Of a stretch of 20,000 bases of DNA, positions 1-12,300 are shown one piece after another. The notes beneath the pieces were generated by a model that made no database searches, was not told where the DNA came from, and was given only the letters and a program-made list of their open reading frames with translations. The DNA comes from Monosiga brevicollis MX1. Taxonomy: Eukaryota. Every line of letters starts with the position of its first letter. Position 1 is the stretch's first letter. The DNA is taken from assembly GCF_000002865.3 (NCBI RefSeq), contig NW_001865089.1:148668-168667 (forward strand). Direction: 5' to 3'. The position numbers were made by a program, and so were the translations under genes.

Positions 1-2797
1 AGACGCACCGCTTCGCGTGGCGGTGGTGGGTGCTGGCATTGCTGGCCTCAGCACAGCCTACCATTTGGCCAAATACGGCGGGGGCAACGTGCGTGTCTCG
101 CTACTCGAGCAAGAAGATGTGCTTGGAGGCCATGAAATGCCCTTGGCCACCAAGTATGGTACTGTCGACCTTGGATACATGGTAAGCCTTCACATCATGC
201 TTCCACCTCAGGTCCGTCCACTCTTGTGCGCACCCAAATCAAAATCACTAACACTAGGATGCTGCTCGCCCCACGCAGGTGTTCAACGCGGAAACCTACC
301 CCAACCTGCTCCGCTTTTACCAAGAACACCACATCCCGATCGAGCCCACTGATATGAGCTTTGCTGTTGAGACCCCGTCTCTGAGCTGGCGCTTCGGAGG
401 TGCCCTGTCCGATTATTTGCGTCTATTGACCAAGCCCGAATTTCACAGCTTCTTACGCGACAAGCATCGCTTTCACCACGAGGCCCGCCAATTTCTCAAG
501 CAGCACACCAACACCGACACCCCACCTCCTGCCCTTACCCTGGGTGAATTCTGTGCTCAGCAAGGCTACGACACCCCCTTTGCCGAGGGTTGGCTGCGTC
601 CCTTTTGTGAGGCCGTCTGGTCAGCCAAGCGCACCGCCGCCTTTGACATGGAGGCTTGGACCATCCTCCAGTTTTTGCGCAACCATGGCTTCCTGTCCTG
701 GTCTTCTCCGCAATGGTACACCCCGAAAGGTCGAACCACCGTTACCCTGGAACGCTTTGCAATGCTTCTGGAGCAGCATTCTGTCCAGGTGCAAACTGCC
801 ACGCGTGTCACAAAAGTCCAGCGGCGCCCCGACGGCCGCCTTGATCTCACAACTCAGAACGAGCACAACAGCACAACGCCAATTACCACAACATATGACA
901 AAGTGGTTCTGGCCACCCCTGCTGGTGTGGCGCAGCACCTGCTTGCCGAGCTCGACGAGCGGGACGCTGCGATCCTCGGCGCCTTTGCCACCAGCCGCAC
1001 TCAGCTTTGCGTCCACCGAAACCGGCAACTCATGCCCAAGTAAGGCTCTTCATGCTTCAGAACTGTGTTTCTATTCCCCCTCCCGTTGTCGCCCTTGGTT
1101 TGGTGGATTTACCAGCTCGCACAATGAAATAGGAACACCCATCATTGGGCCTCGTGGAACGTCTTGGACCGCGAAGACAAAGCAGCTGCCCCAGTTCTGA
1201 CTTACTGGCTCAAGCCACTCCAGCACGTGGCCGAGCACGATCTCTTCATTACCTTGAACCCACCCAACAAAGCCTTTGCCGGTCCAGCCCAAGAGCTGCT
1301 TCTTGAATCTCGCTCAGTCGTGCACCCAATCATGGGCATAGCGGCCGCCGAAGCCCAGCGACATGTCTGGTCGTCCTACCAAGGCCATCGTGGCATCTAC
1401 TTGGCCGGTGAGTTCCGCAGACTCGAAGATGTTTGCTTGGCATCCCACCTGCACTCTTGACTGGGCACCGGCCCTGGTTTCTCCATAGGCGCATATCTGC
1501 ACTACGGATTCCACGAGGATGGCTTTCGCAGCGGGATTGAAGTTGCAAGATGCCTCCTCAACTCAAAGGCCATTCCTCTGCTACCCGTACGTCTAGTGGG
1601 AGCAAGGGAGTCTCTCTTTTTTTTTTTTCTTTTTTTTTTCCTGTCGTTTGTGTGCATCTCGTTTAAACCTTGCAAGTAACTTTCTCAGGCTTGCCACCAG
1701 ACCTCGATTGCTCAAGATAAATTGCCCCTCTCCTGATGTTAGGTGGTTGATCACTTTGCACCCACGAGTGTACTGATGACAGGAGTTACAAACCATACGC
1801 GGTACTTTAAACCCCCGGGCATGGCCCTGTTTCTTCCAGCTGACACATTCTGCCAGTGCGCCTTCACTTATTCCGACTCGTGAAAATTGGTTGTGGTCCG
1901 TGTCGTTGCCCGCTTCCCCGGGCATAGGTTTGACGCATCGGGCAAGGTGGTGCATGCTTTCAGCTACCAGCTGGAGTACGACTGTGTGGACATTGATGCC
2001 GGCTTCTCTAAATGGTGGGGTGGACTCTGTCGTGCCGACCACTTTGGGGATTCTGAGGTAAGCCCACAGAACACGCGTATTCTCTTGCCCCGTTCAGCAT
2101 GCAGGCTTCCTTGATCATTCACGTCAGCGCCGGTTTGATGAACCTGCAGCGCTCTTTAAGCGAGGTTGTGCGGAATGAGGTGTGCCGGCAAACGGGAGAA
2201 TGGCCCACTGGACCCATCAGCCTAGTGACCCTGCTTCGGCGCTTTGGATTTTGCTTCAATCCCATTTCCATTTTCCTGTGCTGGGCGGATGATGCTCGCA
2301 CCAGCGTCACACACCTTGTGGTGGAAGTCACGAATACGCCGTGGAAGGAGCGCACCGTCTTGGTCATTCCCACCCGGGGCGAACGGACCGCCTCAAACAT
2401 TAAGCTGCCCAAATCCCTGCACGTTTCTCCCTTTAACACTGTTCCGGACGGACGAGCCCATTGGCGATTCGCCTACAGCTTGCCCGCCAATGGGAACATG
2501 TCCTCCTTCTTCTTCAAGGTTGATCTGCTACCAACGGCCACGGCCACGCAGCCCATTGTCACAGCCTCGATGAAATTGGCAGCCACGACTCGATCTCGGC
2601 GCTGGTTCCCATCGGCCCTCTGGACCTCCCTCCTCATTCACTGGGAGGCCGCCCTGCTCAGAGTTGTCCGAGGCATGGCCTTTTACGATAACACGGGTCG
2701 AGTCACCGCTACCCGTCAAGCCAGCCCGGCGTCACCGCTACGTTGGCTGTTTGTCGCCTGCCTAGTGGGTCTGATCCTCCAATTTTTCGCCTTTTAA
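1..2797 (+). CDS. Spliced fusion gene, 5'-incomplete: FAD-dependent oxidoreductase (COG2907/amine-oxidase-like, UfaD-like) + DUF1365 (UfaO-like) + C-terminal hydrophobic helix. Exons <1-181, 279-1039, 1133-1407, 1489-1586, 1743-1801, 1928-2057, 2150-2797
   Basis: All six introns are GT-AG and phase-compatible (182-278, 1040-1132, 1408-1488, 1587-1742, 1802-1927, 2058-2149), giving 2151 coding nt from position 2. Splicing reconstitutes family motifs: VAVVGAGIAGL..GGH (FAD binding), VDLGYM|VFN..TYPNL, LMPK|NTHHWASWN, YLA|GAYLHYGFHEDGFRSG. The DUF1365 part follows: GVTNHTR|FD..HAFSY, DHFG, LRRFGFCFNPISIFLC, EVTNTPWKER, KSLHVSPF, IHWEAALL. The last acceptor could alternatively be the in-frame AG at 2103-2104. 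Confidence 0.88.
182..278 (+). other. Spliceosomal intron 1 of the oxidoreductase-DUF1365 gene, with canonical branch point
   Basis: Donor GTAAGC at 182, branch-site CACTAAC at 246-252, acceptor CAG at 276-278; removal joins GYM to VFN in frame. Confidence 0.9.
1617..1639 (+). repeat. Poly-T tract inside the intron (1587-1742) separating the oxidoreductase and DUF1365 moieties
   Basis: A T run interrupted by a single C, seen directly. Confidence 0.85.
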
Positions 2798-3123
2798 GTA
2801 AACGACAAACCAAACGCTATGCCACGCCTGGCCACATAATGTCCCTCCAGTTCCCACCACATAGAGAAAAGGAAGGCACGAAGGTGCATGGCTTGCGGTG
2901 AGATCATCACCATAACCATAAGGACTCCACTTCCTTCTTGTTGCTTTCAAGTGTGACGAATAACAGAAAAACAAAATCCAGTCCAAAAAGGGGGTAGCCT
3001 GCCACGTTGCGGTTACGATCCCTCCCCTCCCTACGTCACCACCCGAGGTCATCATGAGTCGTGTCAATCGACATTGCATTGACACTGGCCCCACCTCCCA
3101 CCTCTGCCCCCCATCCCTCCCCC

Positions 3124-3124
<1 letters not shown>

Positions 3125-3181
<57 letters not shown>

Positions 3182-3185
3182 ACAC
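3125..3185. repeat. (AC)28 dinucleotide microsatellite plus short imperfect tail
   Basis: Perfect AC repeat 3125-3180 followed by CACAC. Confidence 0.97.
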
Positions 3186-3371
3186 GTGCCATGAAAGCAA
3201 AACCAACGAGTCTGACATTTGTTCTTATGAGAAGTGCGTGTTTTGTGTTGTGGATGTGTGTGGGCGGACTGATGTGCCAATGCCGCCTCCTCGATCGAAC
3301 GAGGGGCTTTGTGCCTTTTTCCCTCTTGATGAGCAAGTGGCATTTTCTTTCTCTTCAAGCTTCAGGGGTTG

Positions 3372-6300
3372 ATGCGATCGAATCCATCACTCACAAGGAT
3401 GGCTGCCCGCCAAACGTGGCCCATCGACTTGATGGTTCACCCAGAATTGCCCGAAGAGATGGTGTCTGGACTGACATGTTCGGCCCAGGCGCTTGATGCC
3501 ATTTTGGGGCAGCCAAAGGGTGGCAAGCCAAGTCAACGCAAAGGGCTTTACGAAGAATGCTTGAGCTTGCTTGTAGCCTTTACAAAAGCCGCGCCAGCAC
3601 ATGATGCCAACACACCACTGGCCGAGGATCGCCGCTTGTGGCAGTTGCTTCCCCAAGCTTTGCTCATGGTCCAGCCCCTTGCCGATCAAAAGAATGAGGC
3701 CAACAGTGAGGCCGACTGTGAGGCCAGCAGTGAGGCTAACGTCGAGACGGCGCGGACACCGCAAGACCTGGCTGCCAACCTGCACCGCCTTGGCAAGCCG
3801 TGTCTGTTGGTCCATGCTCTCTGCTTGGAATATGGTTGTGCCATCGTCAGCCGCACCAATGCTGGTGGTGATTATCACCTCGAGGTTCTGAGTCTCGATG
3901 TTCATGCCTTGCAGTACCTCACACCTCCCAACAAGCCGGTCCTGCTCAGCCGAGGACAGCAAGCTCTCCCTGTTGGCGTGGTTTATGAACTGGAAAAAGC
4001 GCAAGAGGTGGCCGAGACGGCTCTGGAGGTTGCTGGAAAGCTTCGCTATAAGAGCAAAAAGTCGCAGAACCAGGAAAAGAAGCACCACAGTACCCCAGGC
4101 TTCATCCATGGGGCTTGCAAACATGCACTTACTGCACTGCAAACCTCAAAAACACCAGTCGATGATTCCTTTGAATTTACCGGTACGCTGTATACTTGCT
4201 CTTCGGGCAACTTTTCGGTCGAAAATGAACTTCATGATAAGCCACTGCATCTGCCAGCCACATGATGTGGGAGTGTATCCTATGACTGACCCTTGCTGTG
4301 CTATTTGTCGGTAATAGATGGTACGCTGGATTTTGGTCAGCACACCCACACGGCTCACAAGCCGACTGCTTGGCCAGTGCTGCGGGAGCTCGTGCTGTAT
4401 GCCCTCCGAATCAGGCAAGAAGATCCATGGGCCAGCCCACCACCGAAACGAGCAAGTCCCCTGGCCGAAGAACTCCTTCTTCTGCGCTTTGCTGCCTTTG
4501 TTACCACGTCCAATGCACCAAGTCAGTCTCATTTCCCGAAACATCTTCAGGCTTTTGAACCCGAACCCGACACACTATCTTTTACCAAACCGAATAATAT
4601 GTTGCCTTCGTATCTTCATCTCACCACGTGTACCATGATCGATATAGGAAAAATCGATCAACCGCATCATAAGGCCTTGCAGCGCTGGACGATGCTTGCA
4701 AATACCTTCGGTCAGAAATTACGTGCAGTACATGATCCTCTGCTGCACGCCAGCTTTTGTGAGCTCTGCCATGACATGCAAATCTCATGGCCAACGCGAG
4801 ATGAGGCGATCTCTTCCACCGAGGCATCATGCTTACCAGACTTTGACAATCTCGACTTTGATCAAGTGTCTCGCCATTTGCCTCAAGATCTAGCTGAGCG
4901 GCTCAATGAAACAATTGCCGATTTGACTCAGTGTATCCCAGCTCCGCTGCAAGCACTCGACCTCGAGGCAATTTGCCAAGACCTCGGCGAAAGCATACCG
5001 CATGACACAGACTTATTCAATGAGTTAAACTCTGGACAAGTGACCATCGAGACATGCACTGCTTACAGGCCAAACGCAGTGTCACGCAGCCAAAAATTGT
5101 CCCAGACAATACGTTTCAGGTTGCTCTTTGAACAGTTGGTGCATGGCTTCCTTACGCGTGTGGACAACGAAGAAAACTTGTTGCTGGAAGAAGGTCAAGA
5201 TCAACGCCTCATGGAGTTGCTGGCTTGTTATCGGGAGAAGACAGACGAGCTTATGGACATATTGACAGCTCCAGAAGAACCAGACATTACCACGCCGTTT
5301 GTGGCAGAAGTTTTAGCTCCGCCAGGCGTTCTACGCTCCAAAGTCGCCCTAATGGAGGCTGGCGTGTTGGTGATTCTGCGTTGCGCTGCAGAGCAAGTTT
5401 ATGAGCGACTGGGTTGGACCAAATACCCCATGCCCCAGATTGACGAACAGGTCAAGACATGGACGCTCCCGTATTCCAGAGACCAGCGCTGCTGCCAACA
5501 GATCGTGCGGTTCTTACGAAGCAGAGTTCACCGCGCTAACCAAGATCCGCTTGGCTGGTGCAAAGGACACTTGTTCGGGCTAGATTCGGATTTCGCGCAA
5601 AATTATGCAGATTGGTCGTCCAATACATACAAAGCCTTGCGTTCTCGCCTTGTGCTTGAGCGCAAGCATGACGAGGAGAAGAAGGCGCGACATTGGAAAG
5701 AAACTTTGGAAAAGCAAAAGACGGAGCGTTTGGAAACAAAGTGGCTGCAAGAAAACCGTCCACACCTAAAAACCGCTCATCGGGAGCTTGAATCGGCGTT
5801 AGCTGAGGCAGATATGAAAAGGCGGCTGTATGAACGCCACTACGGACAGTGTCCAGTGTACTATTGCATCAAATGTCAAGCCCTTTCCGGGGACACGGAC
5901 AGTGCTGCCGATGTTCAAGAGGACAAACAAAGGCAATACGACCGGTGGAACACCACAGTCGAAAGCCACGAAGAGACGCGCATGACGGCTCGAAAGCCAC
6001 CTTACCCTGTTCAGCTTTCACTGCCAAAAGATGACCTTAGCGGTCTTCAAGCACTGTTCATTCTTTTCACGCCACTTCGCTTTCAGGTCTTGATGAAAGC
6101 AATGATTACTGTAGTGCTTCAGACGCATGATAAAGATCAGTCGCGGCCCGACCAGTACAAAAGTAGCAAATCCTCTTTCACCCCCATGCAAACGTTCTTC
6201 AACGAGCATAAGGCAGGGGACCAGGATCGAGCGCAAGCCACCGACGCTTGTTTTCCTGCATTTTGGTATGTGCGTGTTGCACGCACCACGTCCCAATATT

Positions 6301-9300
6301 CCAACGTCGGAGCGCTTGACGGCCGAGAAGATGATGTCTACTACATGCGTCCTGAGGAAGGCCAGCCTTATGCTGTTTACAAGCGCAAGTCTCTTGCAGA
6401 GATCGTTGCCTTGTATGGGGCTCTGCCACCCGATGACAAGAACCAAGCTGATGACAGCAGCAGCCACTTTCGACACATTGCAGACACACCTGTTCTTGAG
6501 GACGATGAGCCCAGAAACGACCGAGGCAACTATGGCAAGGCTTTTCCATACGCTCTGGGTTGGAACGACAGCCTGGAGGCGAGTGAGGCCATTTCTGCCC
6601 TGCGTGCTGGTGCCCTAGCACAATGGCAGCAATTAGCTGCTGTTCTACGCACAGGTGTACTACCTCTCAGCGATGCCAGAGTGGCGCGAACCTGTCTGGC
6701 CATTCTTGCGGAGGTGGGCCCTGTGAACGTAACAACGGAGAACGACAAAGCGCACGGCAGACGGTGGGCATGGACGACGCAAGATGACCACGCACACAAG
6801 GCCTTTCTTGTGGCCCTCGACGGCGCAATGGCCCGTCTGGGTCGAGCCACAAAGCTGTTGCCAGATGCAGCAACGCTGGGTGCCTTGGCTGGATGTCTCA
6901 CCGCCTTTGACAGGGATGAGGACGCAAGCAGTGAATATTCACCTGGTGACAATGGTCACAAGGCCAGCCTGACTGCCTTTGATCTCCTGATGAAGCTCAC
7001 AGATTTTCTGCATGAACATGCACGAGAATGGGCCAAGCAGCTGAACCACGCGATTCAAAACGGTTACCACAAAGAGGCCGATGACTTGACTCAGCGACGT
7101 TTTGACGCCTTCAGCTTAGCTCTTCTTGCTTTTCGTTTTGTGGACTGGCGAGTGCTATCGCCGCCAAAGCGCCAGCGGGCACTCCGACGCTTGGTTTGCC
7201 TGCGCATTCTCAGCAGCCGTCAGAGTCTGATGGCCGAGGCGCCTAGCGAAGCAGTGAGCTGCCGCAATCGTGTTTTCTCCGATGCCACCAATACACTCAT
7301 GACCGAAGCGCTGCATTTTTTGCATCCAGAGCTCATGGACGCTCTCAATGATGCAAGTTTTGCGGCCCAGGTGGAAGCCTGGTGTCAGGAAAGCTTGAAT
7401 CGCCCTGGCGGTGAAGCATCTACTTCACGCAATGGGACATCAAGTTGCAAACTGGGTCGAAACCGCTTGACTGCGTTGGTGATCAACGAAGGCGAGATTG
7501 CCATCAACATGCTGACGGGGGACATGCTCTTCAACGGCAAACCGCCTGGCCTCCTGCCCCCTCGCATGCTGCAAGATGATTCTTATCGCAACCTCTTTGG
7601 TGACCGACGCTTCAAGGTGACTTCAGACCGGGACGGCAGGACGTATCGATCGGTTGCGCCTTTTGATGGGCATCACTATCGCTTTACAGTGAAGAACAAC
7701 CGCTTGAACATTTATCAGACCCCTGAGGATCATCGAGACGACCCCGAGCATGAGCTGCTCTACGCACCAGAGATAAAGACTGGGGCTAAACCGATTGATG
7801 ACCTCCATGTTCCATGGATGTCACCAGCCACCAAGTCTGTCGTTTGGCGCAAAGACCCTACCCAAGGCGCGCTCAATATACAAGCTCAGGTAGCTGCGTA
7901 CGTGTGCGTCGCCGATGAGAACCAGCGCCGCTCTCTGTTGAGGGTACCATCAAATCAGGATGGGTCATCCATCCCCAAGCTATTCCACAAGGCCTGGGAA
8001 CATGTGTCAACCAACATCAGCAACAGCAATAATGACAGCAGTTGGTTCACCTGGATCTGGCCAGAGGCTGTGCAAGCCGTTCCAGAGCTGTTACAGCTGA
8101 GCAAGGTGCTGAAGCGGGTGGATAGTTTGGCGTACATCACTTGGCATCTGCCCACGGAGGGTGTTTCTCAGCTTGAGATTGACTTGCTCCAATGCGGCAC
8201 ACAGCTATCTCTGATACCAGCAGAGGGACTCTTGTCCATTACACATCGCGGTTACCGCCTGGCCAAAGACCAGCTGCTGCACAATTTGCTACCTTCACAC
8301 ACTGCGTACCTCGTACTCGAGCGGCACGATGGGGGTTCACGTCCAGCTGACCTACTGCAACTTGCGCGACAGGTGGTGCTAATGCCAGATCGAGACGGCG
8401 AGTCAGCGAAGCCCAAGCCTGGGCAGCTGCCACGCATTCGTACCTTTATTTTCAGTATTCATGGCATACTCGGCCATCTCGAGGCAGCATCGCGGATGTC
8501 ACGTCTCTTTCTTGCTCGCGAATACAGTCGGCTGCCAATGCACTTGATGGAGAAGAATTCAGGTCTGTTCGTGGCGGACAAAGCCGCGGAGCTTCTTCGA
8601 GAAAGTTCGCATTGGGCGCAAGCCCCCACAGAGTCAACACTTGAGGAAGAGGACTACATCTGGCAAATGGCCGACAAGTCAGAATCAGAATTTGCTCTGC
8701 TACGGCTTCGTGCCCTTGCCACGCTGCGTCAAGGACGGTCTTGGGACAGGCAGGCAGACGATCCTTGCAAAGAGTGGAACACGCCCAGTGAATTGGCGTG
8801 GTATCAGATGGTCGAACAGGAGCTGCCCGTTACAGCAAGACTTGATCGCTCAGAGCGTGACGTATTGGAAATGCCGCAGCCGAGTGGCAGGGCCCTTCCT
8901 CGACCCTTTCTCGGCGACTGCGAGCTTGATACGGATGGGTCGCGCATATCAAATGCCGATAGGGCATCTCATGGTAGCCACACCACTCAGACTTTGCTTG
9001 ACGCAGCCCGAACCGAAGCCGACAAAATCCCATCCGTGCGAGCTATGGAGGAAGAGCTCTTGCATCTTGTCACTCAGCGACCTGTGCCACGTATGGGTGC
9101 CACTGATTCAACGACAACGTGGGCAGCAGAGCTGGACAATCTTAAAAACAATAAGAATATATTGCCCGAACATCGTGAGCGTCTGACCTCGCTGTTGCTC
9201 GAGATTGCTAAGGCGAGCCGTGACAAAACAACCAAACCAGCGGCCACCACATCCATTGGTCGCCACCTGCATCAGCAACTCGAGAAGAGCAAAGAGCTCC

Positions 9301-12300
9301 ATGATTACCGTGCAAGCGTGCAATTCGACGTGTCGGAGCAGAGCGTCGAAGCTATTCTTGCTAAACAACGCACTAGGATTGATTCTCGACAGGCGTTATG
9401 GCAGGCCATTGCAGCCGTACTCAACCCAACAATGAGCGAGAATGTCTTGAACGACGATCCCATTTGTGCCCGGTACCAACTTCTTTTGACGTCGGGCCAT
9501 ATGCGCCAAGCCTCCCCCCGAGGGCTGCTGTATATATGTGCCGGGAGGGACGCCCACGAGTGCTGGTCGCGGGCATGCGAATTCAATTTTTTTATCAACC
9601 TTGAAGACATGCATCATCTACTGAAGTTGGCAAAACAATGGATGGAGCTTTGTGTGCTCGAGCAGCGGGTTGATCGCCTGTCGCGCCTGGTTCAATGCAT
9701 GTACGCTGTGTCAAAAGACGAGCAAGAAGGCTTACGGCAACTACTGCTCCTGGAACTCACCACGACGCGATTGATCTGGCAGCAGCCTGCAGACCATGAA
9801 TTTGAGATGCAACGCCACCAAACGGGGGATGATGCAATTCGCCGGGCGACAGAGCGTGCCTGGCTTGTTTTTGAGGTTGAAAACCAACTTCAGATCCGAC
9901 CCAAGCAATACCATGTTGCCTGGACGTTGATTCGAGACTCAAAAGCCGGCAAAGCTCCCTTGCTACAGCTGAACATGGGAGAAGGCAAAAGCAAAGTGAT
10001 TCTGCCGTTGCTTCTGCTACATCAGCGCGTTCGTCGCCGCTCACAGCGTCCACTACCTTTTGTCTTCTTCTTGCCTCAACTGGTGGACCAATCGCTTGAC
10101 CATTTGCAACGCACGCTGACGGCCAGCGTCTTCCAGTTGCCACTGCTGCAGCTGCACTTTGACCGCCAAGTCACGGTTGAGGCCAACTGGCTACCTCGGG
10201 CTAGACAGCGCCTTGAGGCATTGCGCCGAACTGATGGTGGTGCGGTTGTATTACGCTCCAGTGACCTGCTATCGCCGGAGCTCAAGTGCATCGAGCTGAA
10301 CTCCTGTGCTCCGGCCTTGTCCAAGGGACTGCGCGATTTATTGAAAACCATGCCGCGTGTGCATATTTACGACGAGATTGACAAGATTTTGGACTTTCAT
10401 TATGAGCTCATCTACGCCGATGGGCCCCGCCAAGCCGTTTCACGCCGTGCTGAACGCGTGGCAGCTTGTCAAACTTTGCTCAGCTTGCTTCATCACCCAA
10501 CCGATGACATGAATGAGGCAATGCTCATGTCTGATGGTACCAAATGGATTGTTGCGGAACATCGCGAGCAGTGCAGTGACCCCAGTGCGTTCGCGGTGCC
10601 CTTGGTTGTCAGCGACTCCGTGCCTTTGGAGAAAAAGATGCAGCTTCTTCGAGCCATGTGTCGGGCACTCTGCTCGACAGAGCATGACACCCGACCTGAA
10701 CTCAAATGGTTGCAGGGCCTCACAAGCTCTGACAAGCATCACGTAGAAGAGTTTTTGTGCGAGCCAACAGCCTCGCTGCATGATTCACTTGGTGGCGCTC
10801 TGGCCGAGGACAAAAGGGCCCAATTGTGCGTGCTGCGGGGTCTGCTGGCACATGGAATATTGGTCCAAGTGTTGCATCGTCGCGTCAATGTCAATTACGG
10901 GTCAGACAACCGACGCAAAAAGCAGCTGTCGGTTCCCTACGAGGCCACGGACTCACCCACCACGCGGAGTGAGTTTGCTGACATTGACAAGTTGTTGGTC
11001 ATGACTCATCTAACGTGGTACACGGACGGCTTATCCCTCGAAGGCATGCAAGATGCGCTTCAACGCCTTGGCCGACTCCAGCCTAGTCGGCAAGAGACCG
11101 TTTATCAGAGTTGGCGACGCGCGGCTGGCGAGCACATCAAGCAGCACCAGCGTGTGCCTGACAAGGCTGATGAGTTGGACGTCAAGGACTCTAACCAAGT
11201 GCAGCGAGTGTGGGAGTGCTTTCGTCGCAATTACGAGTGCATTAACTTTTGGCTGCGTGAGGTCGTGCTGCCTCGCGACACCTGCGAATATCCCAAACGA
11301 CTGCAAGCAACCCCTTGGCACTTGGCTGACGTGCCGGAACAGATGGGCTTCTCTGGAACCAACGACACCAACCTCACTCTTCCCTTTGCCGTTTGTCCGG
11401 TGCCAGACATGAACGAGCTCGTCGGTGCCGCTGCTAGTCTGCGACCGACAAAAGAGGATGTTGATCGTGAGCTCGCCGCAACCAACGGCATGATGGTGCG
11501 CGCACTTGAAGCCCACTGCGTGCGCAATGAGGTACTCTGCCTCGACAACATTGCAGAGGGTCCCGACACTCCCGTCATGGAGCTGGTGCTGGCAGCCGTG
11601 CTGAAGGAGGGGGCCCACGCCTTGATTGATGTGGGGGCTCAGCTTGCAGGCAAGTCGTTGAGCGCGTGCGCCAAGTACATTTTTGAGAACAGCACGTGGA
11701 CCCATGTGGTGTACTCGCTGCGTGATCCACGGCAACGATGGGTCGTGCATCACCGCAATGGCGTGATAGAAAACCTGCGACAAAGTGCAGTGGCCTCAGC
11801 CGATGCCCTTGTCATCTATGACCAATTTCAATGCCGAGGAGCAGACCACAAGCTAAAACAACAAGCCAAGGCTATCATCACGTTGGGGAAGAACGTTTGC
11901 AAGGATGAGCTCATGCAAGCAGCAGGTCGCCTGCGACAGCTTCAGCGTGGCCAAAAGTTTCTATTTGCGGCACCCAAGTATGTGCTGGATGCGATTCAAA
12001 AGTTGCCAGGCCGAAACGCCTCTCAACGTGTGGAAATCCAAGATGTGATCGAATTCGTCATGGCAAATACGAAAAGTCGCAACTTGGGCGGGCTTCATTT
12101 GTGGGCTAAGCAGGGCCTTCAGTTTGCATATAGCAAAGTACATGAAGGCATGTTTGTACTTGACGAGATAAATGAGCCTGAATCCTGCTATGGCATGCCT
12201 AATGATACACTCACTGTGAAAGAAGCTGCCAAGCGCTACAACAAAGAAGTGCTGGAACCACAGTACTCAACGCTTCATGCAGAATGTGATCGTGCAGAGT

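Noticed and set aside
2762..3372. ORFs with CVCV/HTHT repeats
   Set aside because: Translation artefacts of the (AC)n microsatellite.
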